64,000 nt of DNA from an uncultured Phycisphaerales bacterium. GTDB taxonomy: Bacteria; Planctomycetota; Phycisphaerae; Tepidisphaerales; Tepidisphaeraceae. Positions 10,394-19,920 of this stretch are shown here, piece after piece. Below the pieces are notes generated by a model. The model ran no database searches. It was given only the letters and a program-made list of their open reading frames with translations, and was not told the DNA's origin. The position numbers and the translations under genes are program-made. Each line of letters starts with the position of its first letter. Position 1 is the stretch's first letter. The stretch covers positions 256,001 to 320,000 of the forward strand of contig CAVWVQ010000003.1 of the NCBI GenBank assembly GCA_963758525.1. Reading direction: 5' to 3'.

Positions 10394-10597
10394 TTGACTC
10401 GCGAAGAAGCACGATTGATCTGCCGGGAGAAACTGGGACTGCGCGTCGAGCCGGAGATGATCGATTACATTGTGAAACATACCGCTGCCCCCGACGCGCC
10501 GGCAGCGATTGCGGTAATTGGGGGCGATGCACGGACAGGGGTGCCCGCGCGGAAGGAATTTCCGGTAGCGATTGCAAGGAACGAGACGAAGCAATGA
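10394..10597 (+). CDS. Small hypothetical protein
   Basis: AAGGAG RBS; ATGA overlap with the next gene. Confidence 0.55.
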   Translation: MTREEARLICREKLGLRVEPEMIDYIVKHTAAPDAPAAIAVIGGDARTGVPARKEFPVAIARNETKQ

Positions 10598-11595
10598 TTA
10601 TCACGAGACACGCACACGCCCGCGCCGGGCTGGTGGGAAATCCTTCCGATGGTTTTTTCGGAAAGACGATCTCCTTCATCATCCGCAATTTCCGCACAAC
10701 CGTGCAGCTGTGGGAAAGCCCGCACTTTGAGATCCTGCCAACGCACGGCGACCTTGCCCGCTTCGACAGCGTCGGCGCGTTTCTCAAGGACCAGCGCTTT
10801 CACGGATACTACGGCGGCATGCGCCTCATCAAGGCGGGGATCAAACGCTTCTTTGACTACTGCCGCGAGCACGGGATCGAGCTGAACGACCGGAGTTTCA
10901 CGGTTGGATATCAGAACAACATTCCCCGGCTGGTCGGGTTGTCGACCAACAGCGCGCTGGTGACGGCGCTCATCCGGGTGCTGATGGAGTTTTACGACGT
11001 TCGCATTCCGCAGCACGATCTGCCGACGTTGGCGCTGTCGGTGGAAAAGGAGGAACTGGGGCTGACGGCGGGGCTGATGGATCGGGTCATTCAGACGTAC
11101 GAGGGAATCGTTTATATGGATTTCGACCGGAAGGTGATGGAGCAGCGCGGGTATGGCCAATACGAGCCGCTGTCGCCGGAAAAGCTCCCGCCCTTGTATG
11201 TGGCGTATGACCCGGAGCGCGCGGTGGTCAGCGACGATGCCCACCGGCATCTGCAGTCGCTGTTCAGCCGCAATGATCCGGCGGTCGTCGGCGCAATGCG
11301 CAAACTCGGGGACCTGGCCGACCGCGGCAAGAGCGCGCTGATGGCCGGTGACTGGGGTACGCTCGGCAAGGTGATGAACGAAAACTTCGACGTCCGCCGG
11401 ACGTTCATGGCGATTCCGACGGAGAATCTGCGAATGGTCGAAGCCGCCCGCGCGACCGGAGCCAGCGCCAAGTTCGCCGGCAGCGGCGGCGCGATCTGCG
11501 GCCTCTACCAGGACGGCCGGCAGTACCAACAACTCTCAGACGCCATGGCCGCGCTGCGATGCGCAGTGATTCGGCCGATTATTTTTGAAGGGTGA
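10594..11595 (+). CDS. GHMP kinase, glucuronokinase-like
   Basis: ARAGLVGNPSDGFFGKTISF, IPRLVGLSTNSA, AGLMDRVIQ, KFAGSGGAI. Confidence 0.8.
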   Translation: MIITRHAHARAGLVGNPSDGFFGKTISFIIRNFRTTVQLWESPHFEILPTHGDLARFDSVGAFLKDQRFHGYYGGMRLIKAGIKRFFDYCREHGIELNDRSFTVGYQNNIPRLVGLSTNSALVTALIRVLMEFYDVRIPQHDLPTLALSVEKEELGLTAGLMDRVIQTYEGIVYMDFDRKVMEQRGYGQYEPLSPEKLPPLYVAYDPERAVVSDDAHRHLQSLFSRNDPAVVGAMRKLGDLADRGKSALMAGDWGTLGKVMNENFDVRRTFMAIPTENLRMVEAARATGASAKFAGSGGAICGLYQDGRQYQQLSDAMAALRCAVIRPIIFEG

Positions 11596-11600
11596 GGGGA

Positions 11601-11720
11601 AAGGCACGAAGGCACGGAGGCACGGAGGCACGAAGGGTGAGGAAGGGGATTTTGTAAAGACCGTTCTGCCGCGCAGCGTCCTCCCCTTCGTGCCTTCGTG
11701 CCTTTTTGCCTTCGTGCCTT
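11601..11720. repeat. Inverted pair of octamer (GGCACGRA) tandem arrays
   Basis: AAGGCACGAAGGCACGGAGGCACGGAGGCACGAAGGG (11601-11637) facing CCCTTCGTGCCTTCGTGCCTTTTTGCCTTCGTGCCTT (11684-11720). Confidence 0.8.
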
Positions 11721-11806
11721 GGTCTTTGATCCCTTTGTCTTTCCCCCCTTCTTGCCCGCAATTGCTCCTTCCCGTATCATCATCCCCCTTTCCCTGGAGT
11801 TGACCT

Positions 11807-12862
11807 TTGATCATTGTGATGGTCCAGAGTGCGCCGCAGGCGTCAATCGATCGTGTTGTTGCCGAGATTGAGCGCATGGGCAGCCAGGCTCATCTGTCGC
11901 GCGGCAGTTATCGGACGGTGATCGGGGCGATCGGGGAAGAGGGAGCCGTCGATCAGAACCATCTGGCGTCGCTGGACGGCGTCGAAAAAGTCGTTCCGAT
12001 CATGAAGCCGTACAAACTCGCCAGCCGCGAGTTTCATGAAGAGGACAGCGTGGTCGAGGTTGGGGGCGGAAGCGTGCCGGTGGTGAAGATCGGCTCTTCC
12101 CATGCGGCGTGCATTGCCGGTCCATGCGCGGTCGAAAACGAGAAGATGCTCAACACGATCGCCCGCCACGTTCGCGACGGCGGCGCGACGATCCTGCGCG
12201 GCGGGGCGTTTAAGCCGCGCACCAGCCCTTACTCGTTTCAGGGGCATGGAGAAGAGGCGCTCAAGTGGATGCGCGCCTGCGGGGATGAACTGGGCATGCC
12301 GATCTGCACGGAAGTAATGGACACCCGGCAGGTTGAATTGATCGAGCGCTACACGGACATGTTTCAGATCGGCGCCCGCAACATGCAGAATTTCGATCTG
12401 CTTCGCGAAGTCGGTAAAACGCGCAAGGCGGTTCTGCTCAAGCGGGGCCTGGCCGCCAGCGTCAAAGACTGGCTGCTTTCCGCGGAGTATGTGCTGAGCC
12501 AGGGGAACCGCTCGCTGGTGCTCTGCGAGCGAGGGATCAAGACTTTTGAAGACAGCGTCCGCTATTCGATGGACATCAGCTCGATCCCGGTGGCGAAGCA
12601 GTGGTCGCACCTGCCGATGATCGTTGATCCGAGCCACGCGGCCGGAAAGCGCGATTACGTCGCAGCGCTCGCCCTGGCGGGGATGGCCGCCGGAGCGCAC
12701 GGAATTATCGTCGAGGTTCACTACTGCCCCAGCGAAGCGCAGTGCGACGGGCCGCAGGCGCTGCTGCCGGAAAACTTCAGGGAACTCATGCAGCAGCTTC
12801 GGCAGATCGCGGCGATCACCAAGAAGGAGTTTGCCGAGGCAGCCGAGCCGGTGCATGCGTAG
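11807..12862 (+). CDS. aroF: DAHP synthase type I-beta with N-terminal regulatory domain
   Basis: IAGPCAVE, RGGAFKPRTSPYSFQG, QIGARNMQNF, LCERG, DPSH. Confidence 0.93.
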   Translation: MIIVMVQSAPQASIDRVVAEIERMGSQAHLSRGSYRTVIGAIGEEGAVDQNHLASLDGVEKVVPIMKPYKLASREFHEEDSVVEVGGGSVPVVKIGSSHAACIAGPCAVENEKMLNTIARHVRDGGATILRGGAFKPRTSPYSFQGHGEEALKWMRACGDELGMPICTEVMDTRQVELIERYTDMFQIGARNMQNFDLLREVGKTRKAVLLKRGLAASVKDWLLSAEYVLSQGNRSLVLCERGIKTFEDSVRYSMDISSIPVAKQWSHLPMIVDPSHAAGKRDYVAALALAGMAAGAHGIIVEVHYCPSEAQCDGPQALLPENFRELMQQLRQIAAITKKEFAEAAEPVHA

Positions 12863-12873
12863 AAAGAAGCACA

Positions 12874-13622
12874 ATGACCCAACGCACTCCCTTTATCGCC
12901 GGCAACTGGAAGATGAATACCACCAGGTCCTCGGCTATCGAATTGGCCAAGGGGATCGCGAAGGCGCTCCGGCCGGCGTTGAGGTCGGCGTCGCGCCGCC
13001 GTTTGTCTATCTCGACGCAGTCGCATCTGCAATCGCGGGATCGAGCGTGCTGCTCGGCGCACAGGACGCGTATTTTGAGAAAAGCGGAGCGTTTACGGGG
13101 GAGATTTCCGTCGACATGCTCAAGGATATTGGCGTGAAGTTCTGTCTGGCCGGGCACAGCGAACGGCGGCACGTGCTCAAGGAGCCGTCGGAGCTTGTGG
13201 CGAAGAAGGCCGACGCGATCTATGCCGGCGGATTGACGCTGGTGCATTGCGTCGGCGAGAAGCTGGAGGAGCGCGACGGCAATCAGACGCTTGAAGTGGT
13301 TTTCAATCAGTTGAAGGAACTGAACAGCAAGATGCACGATCCGGAGCGATTGGTGATTGCATATGAGCCGGTCTGGGCCATCGGCACCGGACGTAATGCG
13401 ACCGACGCCCAGGCGCAGGAAGTTCATGCGTTTATCCGCCAATCGCTGGCGGCGATGTGGAGCGCGGATTTTGCGGCGCGCGTGCGAATTCAATATGGCG
13501 GGAGCATGAAGCCGGAAAACGCCAAGGGACTGCTGGCCGAGGCGGACGTTGACGGGGGGTTGATCGGGGGCGCGTCGCTCAAAGCCGAAAGTTTCCTCGC
13601 CATCGTCAATGCCGCGACGTAG
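12874..13622 (+). CDS. tpiA: Triosephosphate isomerase (frameshift near 12968)
   Basis: FIAGNWKMN from ATG 12874; GAFTGEIS, GHSERR, AYEPVWAIGTG, GGLIGGASL. Confidence 0.95.
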
Positions 13623-13645
13623 ACTGCACGGGATAGAGGTTTGTC

Positions 13646-13948
13646 ATGCTCAATTTCTTTTATTATCTGTCGATGGGATTCTTTGTCTTCATCTGCCTGT
13701 TCCTGATCCTTCTGGTTTTGATCCAGAAGGGCCGTGGCGGCGGTCTTTCCAGCGCCTTCGGCGGAGCCGGGGGAAGCACGGCGTTTGGCAGCAAGACCGG
13801 CGACGTGCTGACGTGGACCACCAGCGTCGTCTTTCTCATCTTCATCATCCTGGCGGTTGCACTGAATCTGCTCGCCGACGCGCATCAGAACCGGGCGAGT
13901 GCGGGCACGACAGTGATCACGATGCCGCCGCCGTCGGCGCCACGATAA
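13646..13948 (+). CDS. secG: Preprotein translocase subunit SecG
   Basis: Two TM segments, LIQKGRGGGLSSAFGG; follows tpiA. Confidence 0.93.
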   Translation: MLNFFYYLSMGFFVFICLFLILLVLIQKGRGGGLSSAFGGAGGSTAFGSKTGDVLTWTTSVVFLIFIILAVALNLLADAHQNRASAGTTVITMPPPSAPR

Positions 13949-14031
13949 CTGAACATGTGTGAATCGCTGCCCTTTGGGCAGCCGCTAAACGGTGTTGGGA
14001 AGCGCGACTCAGTGGGATCGGACAAGCCAGC

Positions 14032-14913
14032 ATGATCGTCAGCATGACCGGATTCGGCGATGCCGCCTCGGAACAAAATGGGACGCACTACGCCGTCGAA
14101 ATCCGGTCGCTGAACAATCGGTTCTTTAAACCGGTTATCAAGCTTCCGGACAACCTCTGCGGGATGGAGCCGGAACTTGAGTCGATGCTCCGCGAGAAGC
14201 TTGGGCGCGGGTCGATTACGTATATCCTGAAGATGCGGACGGACAGCGCGGAGGCGGCGTATCACATTAATATTGAAGCCCTCAAGTCCTACCTGGAGCA
14301 GTTGCAGCAGGTGAAGGGACTGGATCGATTCGTCCAGATTGATCTGGCGGGCCTCGTACAGCTTCCGGGCGTCTGCCAGGAGCCGCGCGACGAATCCGAC
14401 GAGATCGATAAGCACGGCTCCATCGTTCGCGATCTGACCGAAAAGGGCATCGCCCGGCTCGACACGATGCGCCGCCGCGAGGGCGAGAAGCTTTTCACGG
14501 AGCTGATGCGGCACATCAACGTGATCGCCAGCAGCCTGGCGGAGATTCAGAAGCGCGCTCCGCTGGTGGTGGACGACTATCACCGCCGGCTTTCGCAGCG
14601 TGTCAATCAACTGCTCGCCAAGGCCGAGTTGCAGGTCAACCAGGCGGATCTCGTGAAGGAAGTGGCGGTTTTCGCCGAGCGCGCCGACATCTGCGAGGAG
14701 ATTCAGCGGCTCACGAGTCATCTGGATGCATTCGAGCAATCCTGCAGAGAGGGCGAGCATGGCGGCCGAAAGCTCGATTTCATCGCCCAGGAAATGCTGC
14801 GCGAGGCCAACACGATCGCGAGCAAAGCCAACGACGCTGATATCGCCCGGCATTGCGTTGAAATCAAAGGCGCGATTGACCGATTGAAGGAGCAAGTGCA
14901 GAACGTGGAGTAG
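14032..14913 (+). CDS. yicC: YicC/YloC family endoribonuclease
   Basis: SMTGFG, EIRSLNNRF, GRKLDFIAQEMLREANTIASK, EQVQNVE. Confidence 0.93.
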   Translation: MIVSMTGFGDAASEQNGTHYAVEIRSLNNRFFKPVIKLPDNLCGMEPELESMLREKLGRGSITYILKMRTDSAEAAYHINIEALKSYLEQLQQVKGLDRFVQIDLAGLVQLPGVCQEPRDESDEIDKHGSIVRDLTEKGIARLDTMRRREGEKLFTELMRHINVIASSLAEIQKRAPLVVDDYHRRLSQRVNQLLAKAELQVNQADLVKEVAVFAERADICEEIQRLTSHLDAFEQSCREGEHGGRKLDFIAQEMLREANTIASKANDADIARHCVEIKGAIDRLKEQVQNVE

Positions 14914-14919
14914 GGTTCG

Positions 14920-14959
14920 TTTGAGATTTGAGATTTGAGATTTGAAATTTGAGATTTGA
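14920..14959. repeat. Heptamer tandem repeat (TTTGAGA) x ~5.7
   Basis: Read directly; ends 1 nt before the gmk ATG. Confidence 0.9.
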
Positions 14960-14960
14960 C

Positions 14961-15551
14961 ATGCCCTCCGCCGACTTCCATTCCGGGTTGCTCATCGTTC
15001 TTTGCGGCCCTTCGGGGGTTGGCAAGAGCACGATCGCCAACAGTCTGAAGGACCGGCAAAAGGTTTCCTACACCATCAGCGCCACCACGCGGGAGCACCG
15101 CGCGGGGGACGAAAAGGGAAAGACCTACGAGCACATCTCCACGCCGGATTTCTTCCGCCGCCTGGAGAATGATGCGTTTCTGGAATACGCGCAGGTGCAC
15201 GGCGCCTATTATGGAACTCCCAAACACCCCGCTCTGGATGAACTGGCGGCGGGCCGGGACGTGCTGCTGGAAATCGATGTGCAGGGCGCATTGCAGGTGC
15301 GCTTTCAGTATCCTAACGCGTTGCTGATATTCATCTTGCCGCCGGATGCCAGCACGCTCCTGCAGCGGCTGCGCGATCGCGCACGCGAGGGGGAAGACGA
15401 GATTCAGAAGCGGTATCGCGAGGCCAAGCGCGAGATTCACATGGCCAAAGGCGCACACGCGTTCGATTTTTTCGTTATTAACGACACGATCGACCGCGCC
15501 GTCGAGGAAATCGTTAAGATCATGCGGCACAAACGCTCTGGAGGCATCTAA
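14961..15551 (+). CDS. gmk: Guanylate kinase
   Basis: GPSGVGKST, SATTR, YYGTP, LLEIDVQGA. Confidence 0.95.
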   Translation: MPSADFHSGLLIVLCGPSGVGKSTIANSLKDRQKVSYTISATTREHRAGDEKGKTYEHISTPDFFRRLENDAFLEYAQVHGAYYGTPKHPALDELAAGRDVLLEIDVQGALQVRFQYPNALLIFILPPDASTLLQRLRDRAREGEDEIQKRYREAKREIHMAKGAHAFDFFVINDTIDRAVEEIVKIMRHKRSGGI

Positions 15552-15555
15552 AACT

Positions 15556-15783
15556 ATGATCGAAGCTCTCAAAAGTGATGAAATCGTGAACAAGGTCGGC
15601 GGCCGATTCAAACTCACCGCCCTGATTCAGAAGCGCATGCTCGAACTGATCGACGGCGCCCGCCCGCTGGTCGAGCGCGGGAACATGACCGATCTGGAAA
15701 TCGTGATCCAGGAGATCCTGCAGGACAAGATCGCCATCGATTATGAGGCCAGCGGCATCGCACCGCCGATTCATGCCAAGTAG
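15556..15783 (+). CDS. rpoZ: RNA polymerase omega subunit
   Basis: KVGGRFKLTALIQKRMLEL; gmk-rpoZ-coaBC synteny. Confidence 0.85.
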   Translation: MIEALKSDEIVNKVGGRFKLTALIQKRMLELIDGARPLVERGNMTDLEIVIQEILQDKIAIDYEASGIAPPIHAK

Positions 15784-15796
15784 ATCGGACGCCCAA

Positions 15797-16456
15797 ATGT
15801 CACCCGTCCCGCAATCCCCGGGCACTGTGGCACAACCGCCTTCTGCCGTCATCCCCGATTCCCAGCCGAGGGCGGCTGCGCCGCATCCCCCCCTCAAGGG
15901 GCGGGAGATCGTCGTGGGCGTGTGCGGCGGCATTGCCGCGTACAAGATTGCCGACGTCGTCAGCAAGCTGGTGCAGGCCGGCGCAGGCGTGACCGTCTGC
16001 ATGACGCCCGAAGCAACGCGATTCGTAACTCCGCTCACCTTCGAGGCGCTGTGCGCCCGGCCGGTGCGGACCGAGATCTTCAACCTGGTCGAAAGCTCCG
16101 ATCCGCAGCACATCGCGCTCACGGAGCGCGCGGATCTGATGCTCGTCGCCCCGGCCACGAGCAACATTATCGCCAAAGTCGCCCACGGACTCTGCGACGA
16201 CCTCGTGAGCCTGATGGTCGCTGCCGCCGTCTGCCCGGTGGTGTTCGCGCCCGCGATGAACAACCGCATGTGGGAGAACCCCATCGCGAAAGAAAACGTC
16301 GCCAAGCTCGAAAGGCTCGGGTACCGCTTCGTCGGCCCTGATGCCGGCTGGCTCGCCTGCCGGAACATCGGCCCCGGACGGCTCGCCGAGCCGCAGGCGA
16401 TCGTGGATGTTGTGCTTTCCCTGCTCTCCCCCGCCGTCAGCACCTCACGCGCATGA
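15797..16456 (+). CDS. coaC: Phosphopantothenoylcysteine decarboxylase (stand-alone CoaC flavoprotein domain)
   Basis: VGVCGGIAAYK, APATSNIIAK, PAMNNRMW, GWLAC..GPGRLAEP; no CoaB domain follows. Confidence 0.85.
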   Translation: MSPVPQSPGTVAQPPSAVIPDSQPRAAAPHPPLKGREIVVGVCGGIAAYKIADVVSKLVQAGAGVTVCMTPEATRFVTPLTFEALCARPVRTEIFNLVESSDPQHIALTERADLMLVAPATSNIIAKVAHGLCDDLVSLMVAAAVCPVVFAPAMNNRMWENPIAKENVAKLERLGYRFVGPDAGWLACRNIGPGRLAEPQAIVDVVLSLLSPAVSTSRA

Positions 16457-16620
16457 AGCGATGTTACTCTCCCGAATACCGGGAGAGGAGGCCAGAGCCC
16501 ATCGCAACCGCGCTGCGACTGACGCCGCCGCGATGGACATTCGCCACGCAACACGCCGCTTGATCGGGAACACTGAGCCATTATCATCCGATCCGGCGGT
16601 CACCTAAACCAAAGAGGAAC

Positions 16621-17835
16621 ATGAGCAATCAAAGCAAAAAAGGCGCAGCCGTTATCGGCCAATCCGGCGGTCCGACTTCCGTGATCAATCAGTCGCTGGT
16701 CGGAGCGGTTCTCGAACTGAAGAAGACCGGTCTGGTCGACGAGATCCTCGGCGCCCGGCATGGCGTGCGCGGAATTGTCAACGACCAATTCATCAAGCTC
16801 AACGACACGCCAACCGAGTTACTCGAACGCATTGCGCTCACTCCCGCCGCCGCGCTCGGCTCAACGCGCGACAAGCCGGACCAGGCGTATTGCGAGAAGA
16901 TCTTCCAGTCATTCGCGCGGCACGACGTGCGCTACTTTTTCTACATCGGCGGCAACGACTCAGCCGACACCGCGCGCATCGTCAGCGAACTGGCCGCCAA
17001 GTCCGGCCATGCGCTCAAGACATTTCACATTCCCAAGACCATCGACAACGATCTGCGCGTTCACGACCACACGCCGGGCTTCGGCTCGGCCGCGCGGTTC
17101 GTGGCCTGCGCGATGATGGGGGACAACTACGACAATCGCTCGCTTCCGGGGATCAAGGTTGACATCATCATGGGGCGCAACGCCGGATTTCTCACTGCCG
17201 CCTCGGTGTTCGCACGCCAGCATCCGGAGGACGGCCCGCATCTGATTTATGTGCCGGAAGTTCCGGTGAGCGAGGAGAAGTTCCTCGGCGACGTCGACCG
17301 CGTCTACAAGAAGCACGGTCGATGCCTCATTGCAATGAGCGAAGGCGTCGGCCGGCCCGACGGAAAAATCTGGGCCGAGGCAATCGTCAGCGAGTCGCTG
17401 GAGCGCGACACACACGGCAACGTGCAGCTTTCCGGGAGCGGCGCTCTGGGCGATTATTTCGCCTCGCTGATCAAGGAAAAACTCGGCAAGAAGCTACGCG
17501 TGCGAGCCGACACGTTTGGCTATCTGCAACGCAGCTTTGCCGGTTGCGTGAGCGAAGTCGATGCGCGCGAAGCGCGACTCGTCGGACAGATGGCCGTGAA
17601 ATATGCCGCCGAAGGGAAGGACAACGGCAGCGTCGCCATGCGGCGCACCGGCGGGTCGTCCTATGGAATTGAAACCTTCGTCACGCCGCTGAACACCGTC
17701 GCGAAGGAGACCAAGCATCTCGATGCAAGCTGGGTTTCCGACGGCAACAACATCACCGCCGCGTTTGAGGCGTATGCGCGTCCGCTGATCGGCACGCTGC
17801 CGGTCGTGGGAACGTTTGATGAACTCAAGAAATGA
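16621..17835 (+). CDS. pfkA: 6-phosphofructokinase (probably PPi-dependent)
   Basis: QSGGPTSVIN, IGGNDS, PKTIDND, MGRNAG, RADTFGYLQR. Confidence 0.9.
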   Translation: MSNQSKKGAAVIGQSGGPTSVINQSLVGAVLELKKTGLVDEILGARHGVRGIVNDQFIKLNDTPTELLERIALTPAAALGSTRDKPDQAYCEKIFQSFARHDVRYFFYIGGNDSADTARIVSELAAKSGHALKTFHIPKTIDNDLRVHDHTPGFGSAARFVACAMMGDNYDNRSLPGIKVDIIMGRNAGFLTAASVFARQHPEDGPHLIYVPEVPVSEEKFLGDVDRVYKKHGRCLIAMSEGVGRPDGKIWAEAIVSESLERDTHGNVQLSGSGALGDYFASLIKEKLGKKLRVRADTFGYLQRSFAGCVSEVDAREARLVGQMAVKYAAEGKDNGSVAMRRTGGSSYGIETFVTPLNTVAKETKHLDASWVSDGNNITAAFEAYARPLIGTLPVVGTFDELKK

Positions 17836-17841
17836 TTCCGC

Positions 17842-18011
17842 GTGGCATGGGCGTCCCGCCCATGTAGGGTGCATCAGGAGTAGAGAAATTAATTTGCCGC
17901 TAACGTCTCCCGCGTTCAATGCAAAGCACGCGGGAATGAGGAATTGATCTCGGCAAAATCAGGATTTGTTTTACCGCCGCGCAACCGGCACGGGTTGGAA
18001 ACCCGTGGTAC
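17842..18011. repeat. REP doublet between convergent pfk and pyrC
   Basis: GTGGCATGGGCGTCCCGCCCATG (17842-17864) and CACGGGTTGGAAACCCGTGGTAC (17989-18011, identical to 9136-9158). Confidence 0.8.
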
Positions 18012-18028
18012 GTGGGCCACGGGAGCGC

Positions 18029-19303
18029 CTACCGCAGTTCCCACTTTACTTCGCCGCCGACGATTGTCGTCGTCGCCCGGCCGGTGACGTTCCAGCCGTG
18101 GAACGGGCAGTTTCGGCTCTTGCCCGCAAATTGATGAACGTCGATCTTCCACTGCAGATTTGGATCGATGATGGTCACATCGGCATCGGCGCCGATCTGT
18201 AACGTCCCCTTTTTCAGCCTCACGATCTGCGCGGGCCGTGCCGTCATCATCTCGATCATCTGCATCCACGTGATATGGCCCGGCTCCACCAGCGCCTTGA
18301 CGTAGAGCGCCAGGGCGCACTCCAACCCAATAATCCCAAACGGGGCGTACGCAAATTCGAGCTCTTTCTCCTCGGCGCGATGCGGAGCGTGATCGGTGGC
18401 AAGAATATCGATCGTCCCGTCGCGAACGGCCTCAACGCACGCCCGCACGTCGGCGGCGGTCCGCAACGGCGGGTTCATCTTGTAATTCGTGTCGTAACTC
18501 CGGCACGATTCGTCGGTCAGCAGCAGATGATGCGGCGCCACTTCGCATGTGACGGCCAATCCGCTCTGCTTTGCCTGGCGGATCAGTTCAACGCTGCCGG
18601 CCGTGCTGATGTGCTGCACGTGATAGGGGCAGCGGATCGAGCGATTCAAGAGCAAATCGCGGCCGATCATGAGTTGCTCGGCCTCGGCGGGAATCCCCGG
18701 CAGGCCCAGCGTCATGGAAACGTGCCCCGCGTGCATTGCCCCGCCGCTGAGCGTCGGCTCTTCGCAATGCTGCATCAGGACCACCTCAAACATTTTTGCG
18801 TATTGCAGCGCCTTGCGCATCACCGATGCGTCCGCGACGCCAACCCCGTCGTCGCTGAACGCGATAGCGCCTCCTTCGAGCATCGATCCCATTTCGGCCA
18901 GCTCTTTGCCTTCGCGCCCCTTGGTGATCGCTCCGACCGCATAAACATTCGCAAGACTCACGCGCTCCGCCTGACGACGGATGAACTCGATCTGCCCCGC
19001 GTTATCCAGCGTCGGCTTCGTGTTGGGCATGCAGCAGACGGTGGTGAACCCCCCCGCCACGGCCGCCGCCGATCCGCTGGCGACGGTTTCCTCCTCCTCG
19101 TCGCCGGGCTCGCGAAAGTGAACGTGAATGTCCAGCAGCCCGGGCGTGACGTACTGGTTCGTCGCGTCGATCACGCGATCCGCCGGGCCCAGCTGGTTGC
19201 CGATCTCGGCAATCCTGCCATCGCGGATGAGCAAATCCGCCCGCGTTTCAAAAACCCGCGAGGGATCGAGGATGGTGCCGTTGGTAATGAGAGTTGAAGA
19301 CAT
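18029..19303 (-). CDS. pyrC: Dihydroorotase
   Basis: DIHVHFREPG, MPNT, AFSDDG, KMNPPLR, ATDHAPH. Confidence 0.95.
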   Translation of the reverse strand: MSSTLITNGTILDPSRVFETRADLLIRDGRIAEIGNQLGPADRVIDATNQYVTPGLLDIHVHFREPGDEEEETVASGSAAAVAGGFTTVCCMPNTKPTLDNAGQIEFIRRQAERVSLANVYAVGAITKGREGKELAEMGSMLEGGAIAFSDDGVGVADASVMRKALQYAKMFEVVLMQHCEEPTLSGGAMHAGHVSMTLGLPGIPAEAEQLMIGRDLLLNRSIRCPYHVQHISTAGSVELIRQAKQSGLAVTCEVAPHHLLLTDESCRSYDTNYKMNPPLRTAADVRACVEAVRDGTIDILATDHAPHRAEEKELEFAYAPFGIIGLECALALYVKALVEPGHITWMQMIEMMTARPAQIVRLKKGTLQIGADADVTIIDPNLQWKIDVHQFAGKSRNCPFHGWNVTGRATTTIVGGEVKWELR

Positions 19304-19367
19304 ATGAAAATTAAGAGCAGCCGAGAGGCACAGCACAGCCTCGCTCCGCTCGACCGCAACCAAAAGG

Positions 19368-19912
19368 AAGAGCCGCGAAGACGCGAAGACGCGAAGACAA
19401 ACGCGAAGAAGAGGAGAAGGGAATAATCATTCTACGATGTGAGGATTGATGATTCGCTTGATTCCATCGCGCAACACCGGAACGTTGAAATTGATCAAAT
19501 AGCCGAGTCGCAGGCGTGTTCCCTGCAAGTACGCAATCACTTGCGAGCGATGCACATCTCCGAGGGATTGAACTGTTTTGAGTTCAACAACGACAGCTTT
19601 CTGCACGAGCATATCAATTCTGCCCTCACCGACCTCAACGCCCTTATAGAATACCGGCAATGGCGCTTCGCAGGCGTGCTCGATTCCACGCAGGTTCAAT
19701 TCGACCGACAGAGCCTTTCGATAGACGCTCTCGGGAAACCCAGGCCCGATGATGCGATGCACTTCGATCGCAGCTCCGATGATATTTCTGCCCAGTTCTT
19801 CGATCTCCGGCTCGATCCCCGCATCGTGATGCTCTAGTTCCATTGCTTTCTCCTTTTTGTTCTTGCTTTACCTTCGCGTTTTCCTTCGCGCCTTCGCGCC
19901 TTCGCGGCTCTT
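19368..19912. mobile_element. Putative GxxExxY cassette bounded by 41-bp inverted octamer-array ends
   Basis: 19368-19408 matches the reverse complement of 19872-19912 at 37/41 positions; sits between pyrB and pyrC. Confidence 0.55.
19427..19843 (-). CDS. GxxExxY protein (PD-(D/E)XK-like nuclease fold)
   Basis: IIGAAIEVHRIIGPGFPESVY, RIDMLV, VVELK, QVIAYL, GYLINFN; AGGAG RBS. Confidence 0.92.
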   Translation of the reverse strand: MELEHHDAGIEPEIEELGRNIIGAAIEVHRIIGPGFPESVYRKALSVELNLRGIEHACEAPLPVFYKGVEVGEGRIDMLVQKAVVVELKTVQSLGDVHRSQVIAYLQGTRLRLGYLINFNVPVLRDGIKRIINPHIVE

Positions 19913-19920
19913 GATTTCGC

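Noticed and set aside
12874..13622. Programmed frameshifting or pseudogene status for tpiA and other split genes
   Set aside because: Shifts are scattered over unrelated genes without shared slippery motifs; sequencing error is simpler. Only the IS630 A8G site looks programmed
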